Assembly (NCBI GenBank): GCA_017992075.1
Contig: JAGOPI010000001.1
Coordinates: forward strand, 3,358 to 67,357
Length of the DNA: 64,000 nt
Direction: 5' to 3'
DNA from: Candidatus Babeliales bacterium
Lineage (GTDB): Bacteria > Babelota > Babeliae > Babelales > Chromulinivoraceae
The notes under the pieces were generated by a model, which was not told the origin of the DNA, made no database searches, and saw only the letters and a program-made list of their open reading frames with translations. The position numbers were made by a program, and so were the translations under genes. Below are positions 45,527 to 53,192 of the stretch, in pieces. Positions within the stretch are counted from its first letter, which is position 1. Each line of letters opens with the position of its first letter.

Positions 45527-45558
45527 CTAGTTTGCCGCTCAAAGACGGGAATGACAAG
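45527..45558 (+). repeat. Palindromic REP-like element copy (partly decayed)
   Basis: ctagtttgccgctcaaagacgggaatgacaag shares its loop and right arm with the copy at 33005. Confidence 0.6.
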
Positions 45559-45580
45559 TAAAGATAATAATTTATTTTAT

Positions 45581-45609
45581 GTCTATCTCTGCCTTTAAGC
45601 AGGGATCAA
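45581..45609 (-). repeat. Palindromic REP-like element copy (variant, inverted orientation)
   Basis: gtctatctctgcctttaagcagggatcaa has a tctctgc/gcaggga stem related to the 9613 variant. It forms an inverted pair with 45527-45558. Confidence 0.5.
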
Positions 45610-45714
45610 AGTCAGAATTAAGATGAAGATAAGTTAATAAAATTTGTTATTGTTCATGTTTTAAGGTAATCTTAAACATGATATAAAATGATAGGGTCAA
45701 AGGTTAAAAACATC

Positions 45715-46119
45715 ATGAAATCAAATAAATTAAATAAAGAAACAATCCAATCACTTGCGGTTCGTGAACTTAATTTTCCAAAATTTGGCATTGGTGACAA
45801 AATTGAAGTTGCTCAATGGGTTCAAGAAGGCGATAGCAAACGAATTCAAACATTTTTAGGCAACGTGATTGCAAAAAGTAACAATGCAGCATCTTCAACA
45901 TTTACTGTGCGTAAAATTGGTGCAGATGATGTAGCTGTAGAGCGAATCTATCCATTGTATTCTCCAATTATTGATTCAATCAAAGTACTTGCTCAAGCAA
46001 AAGTTCGTCGTGCAAAATTGTACTACGTTCGTCATAAAGTTGGTGAATCAGCAAAAATTAAAGAAAAAATTGTAAAAAAAGTAGCAAAAGTTAAAAAAGT
46101 TGCTGTTACGGTTGAGTAG
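45715..46119 (+). CDS. rplS: 50S ribosomal protein L19
   Basis: FPKFGIGDKIEV...RIQTFLGNVIA...STFTVRKI..DDVAVERIYPLYSP.I. The start is taken at the ATG at 45715. It has a Lys-rich C-terminal tail. Confidence 0.93.
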   Translation: MKSNKLNKETIQSLAVRELNFPKFGIGDKIEVAQWVQEGDSKRIQTFLGNVIAKSNNAASSTFTVRKIGADDVAVERIYPLYSPIIDSIKVLAQAKVRRAKLYYVRHKVGESAKIKEKIVKKVAKVKKVAVTVE

Positions 46120-46155
46120 TTTTTCATAAAAATCGTGATATTTGAAACGAATTTT

Positions 46156-46190
46156 AAAGTGGGTTTTTAAAAAAGCCCACTTTTTCTTTT
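46156..46190 (+). terminator. Intrinsic terminator after rplS
   Basis: aaagtggg-tttttaaaaaag-cccacttt followed by a T-rich run. Confidence 0.65.
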
Positions 46191-46235
46191 TGTTGAATGC
46201 TATTTTTTAAAACTTTATAAATTGGGATATATTTT

Positions 46236-46670
46236 ATGTTTCAATTAAAAAATATTAAAATTCTATTTTTGAGTATTGTTTTTTTTTCTGGTTGTTCGCG
46301 TAAACAACAAAAGGCGATGGTTTTAAAATCTTGTGAACGGACAACGCAACTAGAAGAATCTGTTGCTCGCATGACACATATTCCTGATGCTCCATTTGGA
46401 TTTCGTTTACAGGCTGTAATTCCTGATCAAACGAATCCAGAGAGTGTTCAAATTGTGTATCATCCTGTAAAAAGTTTGATGGTTGATTTAGATGTTGTGA
46501 AAAAAAATTATGAAATTGAGATGGAAATTTTAGGTTGGCAGTTAATTTCAACCTTTGAAAGTATGGAAGAACTATTTTTAATGTTTAAGCGGCCGGGTAA
46601 TGTTTGGTGCCAAATTTTTTTGAGTCATGAAAATATTTTAACGGTAATGATTTTGAAATCTATTGCATAA
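46236..46670 (+). CDS. Putative lipoprotein, hypothetical
   Basis: The signal has a lipobox-like FFSGC (LSIVFFSGCSRK). No recognisable family. Confidence 0.45.
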   Translation: MFQLKNIKILFLSIVFFSGCSRKQQKAMVLKSCERTTQLEESVARMTHIPDAPFGFRLQAVIPDQTNPESVQIVYHPVKSLMVDLDVVKKNYEIEMEILGWQLISTFESMEELFLMFKRPGNVWCQIFLSHENILTVMILKSIA

Positions 46671-46686
46671 CATTTTGTAAAATATT

Positions 46687-46719
46687 AAAAAAAGGTCAGT
46701 TTATTACTGACCTTTTTGG
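46687..46719. terminator. Bidirectional intrinsic terminator
   Basis: aaaaaggtcagt-ttatt-actgaccttttt between convergent genes (stops at 46670 and 46765). Confidence 0.7.
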
Positions 46720-46764
46720 GTTTTTGTGGAAGGGTTTAGAAGGCTTTTACAATTATTATCATTT

Positions 46765-47256
46765 TTATATTCGATGTTTAATTTTATCTTCTAGATCTTT
46801 GATCATTGATTCAAGTTTTGTAATTTCTGTTTTATGTCTCATAATCTCAGAATCTGAAGATTTTATTTTCCCTTTTTTTAATTTTCGTTCTGCGCGTTGT
46901 AATTTCTCTTTATGAGTTTCTAGTTCATTTTTATAACGATGCAAATCTTTTTTCATTGCTTTGTGTGATTGCGTTGTATTAGATTTAGACGTTGCATTTT
47001 TGTTCATTTTTTTGTCTGATTTGCATGCAGAGTCACATTTTTTATGTTCACGTTTAGATTTTGATGAACTAGTGGACGATTCGTTATCAATTTTCTTTTT
47101 ATGAGCTTTTGAAATAGAAACGCCAATAATAGTTGCAGCAGCAACCGTACCTACAGCAACAGCTGCAGCACCACCGGCTGACAATGAATATGCTGGTAAA
47201 CTGGCAAAAAGTACTGAGCTAAATAGCGCAATTTTTTTAAAATTTGTTTTCTTCAT
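46765..47256 (-). CDS. Secreted/anchored Ala-Gly-rich plus Lys-rich coiled-coil protein (cluster member D)
   Basis: Signal-like MKKTNFKKIALFSSVLFASLPAYS, then the hydrophobic segment GGAAAVAVGTVAAATIIGV, then a highly basic region with a heptad-like tail (KEKLQRAERKLKK...ITKLESMIKDLEDKI). Confidence 0.5.
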   Translation of the reverse strand: MKKTNFKKIALFSSVLFASLPAYSLSAGGAAAVAVGTVAAATIIGVSISKAHKKKIDNESSTSSSKSKREHKKCDSACKSDKKMNKNATSKSNTTQSHKAMKKDLHRYKNELETHKEKLQRAERKLKKGKIKSSDSEIMRHKTEITKLESMIKDLEDKIKHRI

Positions 47257-47283
47257 AAATTATTCCTTTAAGCTTTAGTTATT

Positions 47284-47649
47284 TTAAGCAAGGTCATCTC
47301 GTCGATTTTGTAAATCAACAAGACGTTTATTTTGTGCATCTAAAGTTTTTTGATATTTATTTCTTTCGGCTCCATCTTTAGCATTGTCTAATTTTCGTTG
47401 GGTACGCTTAATTTCTTGTTCTTGTTTGCGAATGTCTCGATCAGCAAGACGTTGATTTTCTCGGTCACGTTTATAATCCCAATAAGCAGGATCGTTGTTG
47501 TTTCGATTTCCAGAATTTGCAGCACTTGTAAGAATGACTCCGGTTGCAAGTCCGCCACCAAATGCACCCCAACCGCTACCGCCGCCGCCATGTGCTTGAA
47601 TTCCCACTCCAATGGTTGTTGCCATAAGGACTAATAATTTTTTATTCAT
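47284..47649 (-). CDS. Secreted glycine-zipper-like plus coiled-coil protein (cluster member A)
   Basis: Signal MNKKLLVLMATTIGVGIQA, then HGGGGSGWGAFGGGLATGVILTSAA, then a charged coiled-coil-like tail. It is a paralog of 48008-48511. Confidence 0.55.
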   Translation of the reverse strand: MNKKLLVLMATTIGVGIQAHGGGGSGWGAFGGGLATGVILTSAANSGNRNNNDPAYWDYKRDRENQRLADRDIRKQEQEIKRTQRKLDNAKDGAERNKYQKTLDAQNKRLVDLQNRRDDLA

Positions 47650-47684
47650 TTTTGTATAACTCCATTTTTAAATTCTTTTATTTT

Positions 47685-47975
47685 TTATCCATTGTTTGAA
47701 CTTGATATATTTGAATTATCAGAGCGTCGTCTTTGGCGTCGAGTTTGTTTTTTCTTTGACTGTTGTTCTGTTGATTCGGTTTCAGATTTAGATTTTTTTG
47801 ATTTTTTCTTACCACCTTGACCGATGTGGGCAGGTGACTCTACAATGTCTTTAACTCCAATTCCTAAAGAAGCTAAAAAACCATGATTTTCTGTATCATT
47901 TGAACTTACTTCTGCTTGAATGATTGATCCTGCAGTTAATGTTGTCAGTAAGGCGATTAATAATTTTTTATTCAT
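47685..47975 (-). CDS. Secreted small basic protein (cluster member C)
   Basis: Signal MNKKLLIALLTTLTAGSIIQA (start at the ATG at 47975), with a Lys/Arg/Ser-rich tail (KKKSKKSKSE...RRQRRRS). Confidence 0.5.
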   Translation of the reverse strand: MNKKLLIALLTTLTAGSIIQAEVSSNDTENHGFLASLGIGVKDIVESPAHIGQGGKKKSKKSKSETESTEQQSKKKQTRRQRRRSDNSNISSSNNG

Positions 47976-48007
47976 TTTAAAATCTCCATTTTTTGATTTT
48001 GATAGTT

Positions 48008-48511
48008 TCAATATGAATTTGCTGTATTACTATCTGAATCTGGTGTTGTGTCAATTAATCTTTGCGCTTCTTTTGATTTTTCTTTGATTTGAGTTTGATA
48101 ATTTTTGATATCTTTCATGTTGTCTGCAGTGTCAATTTTGTGTTGTAAGCTGTAAACTTGTTGTTGCAAATCTTTAATTCGATCAACTGTTTCTTGCTGA
48201 GCAGCTGTTGAAGGATTGTTGTAATATGCAGGTGCTGAAACTGCTAAGCCAATAAGCATACCACTTGCGATTCCAACTCCAAATCCACCCCAACCCCAAC
48301 CACCGTATCCGCCATGACCATATCCACCGTGTCTTCCATGACCACCGTGACCGCCATATCCACTATGGCCGCTATGGCTTCCACCGCCGCGACTATGACC
48401 ACCACGACCACCACCGTGACCGCCGCCATGACCACCACCGCCTCCGCGAGCTTGAATCATTGTTTCAGCTTGCATTGCAGTAAGTAAGAGTAAAAACCAT
48501 TTTTTATTCAT
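48008..48511 (-). CDS. Secreted Gly/His-rich plus glycine-zipper-like plus coiled-coil protein (cluster member B)
   Basis: Start at the ATG at 48511 with GGAGG upstream. Signal MNKKWFLLLLTAMQAETMIQA, then a roughly 55-aa tract of GGGHGGGHGGGRGGHSRGGGSHSGHSGYGGHGGHGRHGGYGHGGYGGWGWGG, then FGVGIASGMLIGLAV, then a coiled-coil-like tail. Confidence 0.6.
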   Translation of the reverse strand: MNKKWFLLLLTAMQAETMIQARGGGGGHGGGHGGGRGGHSRGGGSHSGHSGYGGHGGHGRHGGYGHGGYGGWGWGGFGVGIASGMLIGLAVSAPAYYNNPSTAAQQETVDRIKDLQQQVYSLQHKIDTADNMKDIKNYQTQIKEKSKEAQRLIDTTPDSDSNTANSY

Positions 48512-48758
48512 TGTAGCCTCCATTGTCCCCTGTTTGTTATTTGACCTTTTCAGGTTCATTCCATTTTTAAATCTATACATTTAGAATGCCAAAATTGGAT
48601 GAGCAAAGTCAACGGTTTGGCTTGTGAAAAATTGCCACTGATAAGACTTTTTGATCAAAATGTTAAAGTTGTGGTTTAGATTTGTAGGGGTGCGAGATTC
48701 TTTTTGTGTTGAAAGTTTGATTTAAAGGGGAGATTGGATGAAAAGAATTTTATAAATG

Positions 48759-48792
48759 TCTGGATCCCGGATCGGAGTCCGGGATGACGAGA
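48759..48792 (+). repeat. Palindromic REP-like element copy (intact)
   Basis: tctggatcccggatcggagtccgggatgacgaga, with stem ggatcccgga/tccgggatg. Confidence 0.85.
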
Positions 48793-48874
48793 CGCAAGTT
48801 TTTTATCTTAAAATTTAGTTATGGAAAATTGGTAAAATATTTATGCTTGTGAGCGTAAAGGTTAATGCACCATT

Positions 48875-48906
48875 CTGTCATCCCGGACTTGATCCGGGAT
48901 CCAGAT
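48875..48906 (-). repeat. Palindromic REP-like element copy (intact, inverted orientation)
   Basis: tctgtcatcccggacttgatccgggatccaga is the reverse complement of the family consensus. It forms an inverted pair with 48759-48792, about 80 bp apart. Confidence 0.85.
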
Positions 48907-48928
48907 GATAAATAAAGAGTTGTTCCTT

Positions 48929-50344
48929 TTAAATCAACTTGTCAGCTAATTGATTTACTTTGCCGGCGCCTTGAAATAAGAGTAAATCGTCTTTTGATAA
49001 ACTTTCATTAAGTTTACTTAAAATCTGTTCACCGTTGTTGCCAAAGGCGATAAAGTTAACATTGAGGGCAGGATTCATTTTTTGAATTTCTGCTACTAAA
49101 TTTTGGCTCGTGACGCCATCAATTGAAGCTTCGTTTGCAGAGTAAATATCGGTTAAAATGAGTTGATCGATTGGAGCAAATGCTAAGGTTTGAACAAATT
49201 CATTCCATAGGTGTTTAGTTCGACTAAATCGTTGCGGTTGAAACACGACAATAATTTTACCATTTGTTTTTGCTTGGGCAACTTTAAAAGTTACTTCGAT
49301 CTCGCGGGGATGGTGTCCATAATCGTCAAAAATCATTGCACCATGATTTTTTGAGACACCTTTGAAGGTGAATCTTCGATCAACTCCTTGAAACGATTCA
49401 AGGCCATTTTTAATGGCTTGCTCGTCAAGTCCTAATCGTAAGCAAACAGCGATCACTCCGGTTGCATTTAAAACATTGTGCATGCCTGGAAGTGCAACTT
49501 TAAAAATGCCAAGATTGTTGCTGGTTATGTGCTGCATTATTAAATCTACATTTTGAATTTTTAGTTCAAATTCAGAAAAATCTGGTGAAAGTTGAACATT
49601 TTGAATATGAAAATTTGCTGATGTTGATGTGCCGTAAGTTAAATAAGGTGTTGTGATGCGATCTTGTATTGATTGAATTCCAGCATCATCAATGCAGATA
49701 AAATTACATCCATCAGATGGTATATTATTTATGAATTGAATGAATGCATTTTTGATATCATCAAAGTCTTGATAAGTGTTTAAATGTTCACGATCAACGT
49801 TGGTCACGATAGTATAGTTTTTGGGCAGTAACAAAAATGATCGATCGCTTTCATCAGATTCTGCAACTAAATATTTTCCAGATCCTGCGTGAGCGTTACT
49901 GTTGAGTTCATGCATGTGGCCACCAACAATCATGGTTGGATCAATTTTTGCATGCAGTAAAACGTGAGCAAGAAGTGAAGAGGTTGTTGTTTTACCATGA
50001 GCACCTGCAACGGCAATAGAAATTTTTTCATGCATAATTTTTGCTAAAATTTCTGCACGTAACAGAATGGGAATGTTTTTAGATTGAGCTTGCATGATTT
50101 CTGGATGATTGAGTTGCACATCTGATGTTCGAACAATAGTCGTGATTGATGGATCATTGCATATATTGCTTTGATGAATATCAATTGTACAGCCAAGATT
50201 TAAAAGTTCTTTTGTTCTTTGTGGATCAATGTTTTTATCGCATCCAGAAACTTTAATATTTTGTGTTAATAAAATTTTTGCTATGCCACTCATGCCAATG
50301 CCACAAATACCTATAAAGTGAAAGTGCTGATTATTTTTTAACAT
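48929..50344 (-). CDS. murC: UDP-N-acetylmuramate--L-alanine ligase
   Basis: HFIGICGIGMSGIAKIL N-terminus, ATP site GAHGKTTTSSLLAHVL, and DDYGHHP. Confidence 0.94.
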   Translation of the reverse strand: MLKNNQHFHFIGICGIGMSGIAKILLTQNIKVSGCDKNIDPQRTKELLNLGCTIDIHQSNICNDPSITTIVRTSDVQLNHPEIMQAQSKNIPILLRAEILAKIMHEKISIAVAGAHGKTTTSSLLAHVLLHAKIDPTMIVGGHMHELNSNAHAGSGKYLVAESDESDRSFLLLPKNYTIVTNVDREHLNTYQDFDDIKNAFIQFINNIPSDGCNFICIDDAGIQSIQDRITTPYLTYGTSTSANFHIQNVQLSPDFSEFELKIQNVDLIMQHITSNNLGIFKVALPGMHNVLNATGVIAVCLRLGLDEQAIKNGLESFQGVDRRFTFKGVSKNHGAMIFDDYGHHPREIEVTFKVAQAKTNGKIIVVFQPQRFSRTKHLWNEFVQTLAFAPIDQLILTDIYSANEASIDGVTSQNLVAEIQKMNPALNVNFIAFGNNGEQILSKLNESLSKDDLLLFQGAGKVNQLADKLI

Positions 50345-50420
50345 GTTTATTTCCTCTGGAAGGCATTGATGTTTATTTGATAAGTAAGCATAGCAAAATT
50401 AAAATTTAAATTGCAAAAAA

Positions 50421-50774
50421 CTAAAGTGCTTGTTTAAACTTTAAGAGTTCTTGTCGAATTTGCGCTAGTTTTTCTTTGCAATCACATGAAACTTCTTTTG
50501 AAGTTTTTTCAGCTTGCGTTGGAATTACATTGCGATTTTTTTTCATGTTTTCAAGTTCGTTTTTAGCTCCAGCTAGTGTAAATTTTTTATTGTATAAAAG
50601 ATCTTTAACTATTTTGAATTTTTGAAAATCTTTTTCTTCGTAAAATCTTTGTCCACCTGGAGAACGAAATGATTTTATTCCAAGTTCTTTTTCCCAAAAA
50701 CGAATAACAAATTTTTCAATGTTTAAAGATTCGGCAAGTTCACCGATGCGATAGTGTCGTTTGGACATTTTCAT
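50421..50774 (-). CDS. MerR-family transcriptional regulator
   Basis: HTH segment YRIGELAESLNIEKFVIRFWEKELGI...RSPGGQRFY. The start is the ATG at 50774, with GGAG 7 nt upstream. Confidence 0.75.
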   Translation of the reverse strand: MKMSKRHYRIGELAESLNIEKFVIRFWEKELGIKSFRSPGGQRFYEEKDFQKFKIVKDLLYNKKFTLAGAKNELENMKKNRNVIPTQAEKTSKEVSCDCKEKLAQIRQELLKFKQAL

Positions 50775-50887
50775 AAAATAACTCCTTATTTGTAGCTTTA
50801 AATTGACTCGCTTAATCGTCTGATCTTTGTTAATATAGTTGCAATAGTCTAGCATTCAATAATCATTTTTTACATGTTTATAAGGTA

Positions 50888-52543
50888 TTGTCTATGAATT
50901 TTGCAGAAATTATCTATCAATCAGCTTTATTTACAGCAACTTTTTTTATATTTAACAAACTTTTTAGTCGATATATTTTTAAAAATCGAGAAGAGATGCC
51001 AATTTCATTTGGTAAAATTATCTCAATGTTTCTTTTGTACGTTGTTTTTGGAACAGTCGTTGATTTTTTGATTAAAAGATACAGTAATCCTCTAATTTCT
51101 GAGCAATCACAACAAGTTTTAACTTCTGGTCAAAGTATAACTGCGCCAACTATTGAATCTCTTGCAACACCACTTAAATTAGATATCAGTTTTTCAACTG
51201 ATGCTTGTGAAGAAGAATTAACAACGGTCGTTACTGATTTGGCAGAATATGTTTTTTCAACTCGTGGTGCAACATTACAAGCAATGACGTTGCTTTGGCA
51301 CCATAATCAACGTGTTGTTATGTTAGGCAAAAGTGATCAATATTTTGCAGTCGCATGCAATGATGCTATGCCGATTGCTTATAAATTAATCAGTTCACAA
51401 GAAATCATGAATGGTGCTGCTCATGAGTTAGTGTACCAAACCGTACGTCATCCAATGCTTGAAAAAAAGTTCATAATTTATAAAAAAACGTATCAAATAG
51501 ATGTTTCCATTTCATGTAAAAATCTATCAGATCGTCAACAAGTTCGTTTATTTGTTCCAGCGCCTGTCATGACTGATGAATTGACAGCGGTTGTTAATGT
51601 GCCAACTGTTCAAGATCGTTTAAAGTTGCAAGATGTTGCACTCAATAAAAAAGAAAATTTAGCCCAATTTTGGTTTGAACCGAAATTATTTGGCTTCACC
51701 TCTCGATTCTTTACAAATGTTTGTTTTGCCTCAAATTTGCAGGCAAATGGACGTGTTTATTTGAAAGAGTCTCAAGATAAAACATTCCAAGCGATTTTTG
51801 AATCAAGATCGTTTGATAAACAAGCTGATTTTTCATGGTCCTTTTATTTTGGACCAAAAGCAGTTTCAGATTTAAAACAAGTTTCTCCAGCGCTTCCGGT
51901 GCTTGTCAATTATGGCATGCTCAGCTTTTTGGCAAAGCCTTTGGCAAATGCTTTAATTTTCATGCAAGAAAAAACAGGTAGTTACGGTTGGGCAATTATT
52001 TTGATAGCATTGATTTTAAAATTACTGATGGTTCCATTTACGCTACGCAGTGAGCGTGGTATGCGTGAGCAGGCAGAGTTTGAAAAAAAGCGTCAATATC
52101 TTCAACAAAAATTTAAGCATGATAAAGCGGCTTTAGATAAAGCGAATGCTGAATTAATTCAAAAACATGGGCTTCCTATTTTTTCAGGTTGCTTACCAAT
52201 GCTTTTAAATATTCCAGTTTTTATTGCTTTAAATAAAGTTTTGACAAGTTCTACAGAACTGTATGGAGCATCCTTTTTATGGTTGCCAGATTTATCGGCT
52301 GCGGATCCATACTACATTTTAAGTATTGCAACATTTTTCGGTATGCTTTTTGCTCCAAGCATGGCATCTGCTGGCGGTCCGCGTCAAATGTTTTCAAAAA
52401 TTGGATTTGCTTTGTTTTTAGCAGCAGTGACGTCATATTTAGCTTCAGGGCTTGCGTTGTTTGTTGTACTTAACACGCTTTTTGGTGTCGCGCAAAGTTT
52501 TGTGATTAAAAAAATTCGTTGGTTGACGGCACGATATGCTTAA
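50888..52543 (+). CDS. yidC: Membrane protein insertase YidC (long, diderm-type with large periplasmic domain)
   Basis: An N-terminal TM helix is followed by a roughly 300-aa soluble domain. The conserved core reads GWAIILIALILKLLMVPFTLRS...GCLPMLLNIPVFIAL. The start is either the TTG at 50888 or the ATG at 50894. Confidence 0.9.
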   Translation: MSMNFAEIIYQSALFTATFFIFNKLFSRYIFKNREEMPISFGKIISMFLLYVVFGTVVDFLIKRYSNPLISEQSQQVLTSGQSITAPTIESLATPLKLDISFSTDACEEELTTVVTDLAEYVFSTRGATLQAMTLLWHHNQRVVMLGKSDQYFAVACNDAMPIAYKLISSQEIMNGAAHELVYQTVRHPMLEKKFIIYKKTYQIDVSISCKNLSDRQQVRLFVPAPVMTDELTAVVNVPTVQDRLKLQDVALNKKENLAQFWFEPKLFGFTSRFFTNVCFASNLQANGRVYLKESQDKTFQAIFESRSFDKQADFSWSFYFGPKAVSDLKQVSPALPVLVNYGMLSFLAKPLANALIFMQEKTGSYGWAIILIALILKLLMVPFTLRSERGMREQAEFEKKRQYLQQKFKHDKAALDKANAELIQKHGLPIFSGCLPMLLNIPVFIALNKVLTSSTELYGASFLWLPDLSAADPYYILSIATFFGMLFAPSMASAGGPRQMFSKIGFALFLAAVTSYLASGLALFVVLNTLFGVAQSFVIKKIRWLTARYA

Positions 52544-52565
52544 ATAGTTCTGAAAAAGGAGAACC

Positions 52566-53183
52566 ATGATTGATAAATTGCCAACGATCAAAAAATTGAT
52601 GCGACAGTTGCAGCAGGTTCCATTTTTAGCATCTAAAAATTTGTATCGAGTTTCATCTTATTTTTTGCATTTAGATCAGCAACGGTTAGATCAATTTTGC
52701 AAAGTTTTGCAGGAAGCTCATGCTCAGGTAATTTTATGTCAAACATGTTTTGTCTGGCAGGAAAAAAATGATCCGTGTGTTTTTTGTTCTGATCAAAAGC
52801 GTGATCAATCAATTATTTGTGTCGTTGAATCATGGCATGAACTTTTAGTGATTGAACGAACTCAAGCATTTCGTGGTGTGTATCATGTGCTAGGTGGTGT
52901 GATTTCACCGCTTGAAGGTGTGCACGCTAAAGATTTAAAAATCGATGAATTGATTGCACGAGTTGATGATAGCACGAAAGAAATTATTTTTTCGATGAAT
53001 CAAACACCTGAGGGTGAAGCAACAGCGGCATTTATTGCTCGACGGTTGCAACAGTCTGTTGATCAAATAAAAAATAAAATTAAAATCACATGCTTGGCAA
53101 AAGGAATTCCGATTGGATCAAATTTAGAATTTGTAGATCGTTTAACGGTTGGTAAAGCATTAGCAGAGCGAAAATTATTTTAA
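52566..53183 (+). CDS. recR: Recombination protein RecR
   Basis: LMRQLQQVPFLASKNLYRV (HhH), the Cys4 motif CQTC...CVFC, and a Toprim region (ICVVES..). Confidence 0.92.
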   Translation: MIDKLPTIKKLMRQLQQVPFLASKNLYRVSSYFLHLDQQRLDQFCKVLQEAHAQVILCQTCFVWQEKNDPCVFCSDQKRDQSIICVVESWHELLVIERTQAFRGVYHVLGGVISPLEGVHAKDLKIDELIARVDDSTKEIIFSMNQTPEGEATAAFIARRLQQSVDQIKNKIKITCLAKGIPIGSNLEFVDRLTVGKALAERKLF

Positions 53184-53192
53184 GGAAAATCT

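Noticed and set aside
48244-48483. Alternative-frame ORFs (48244-48438 minus, 48265-48483 plus) across the Gly/His tract.
   Set aside because: These are frame artefacts of the GC-rich GGN/CAY low-complexity coding region. Only the frame with the signal peptide, GGAGG RBS and coiled-coil tail is coherent.
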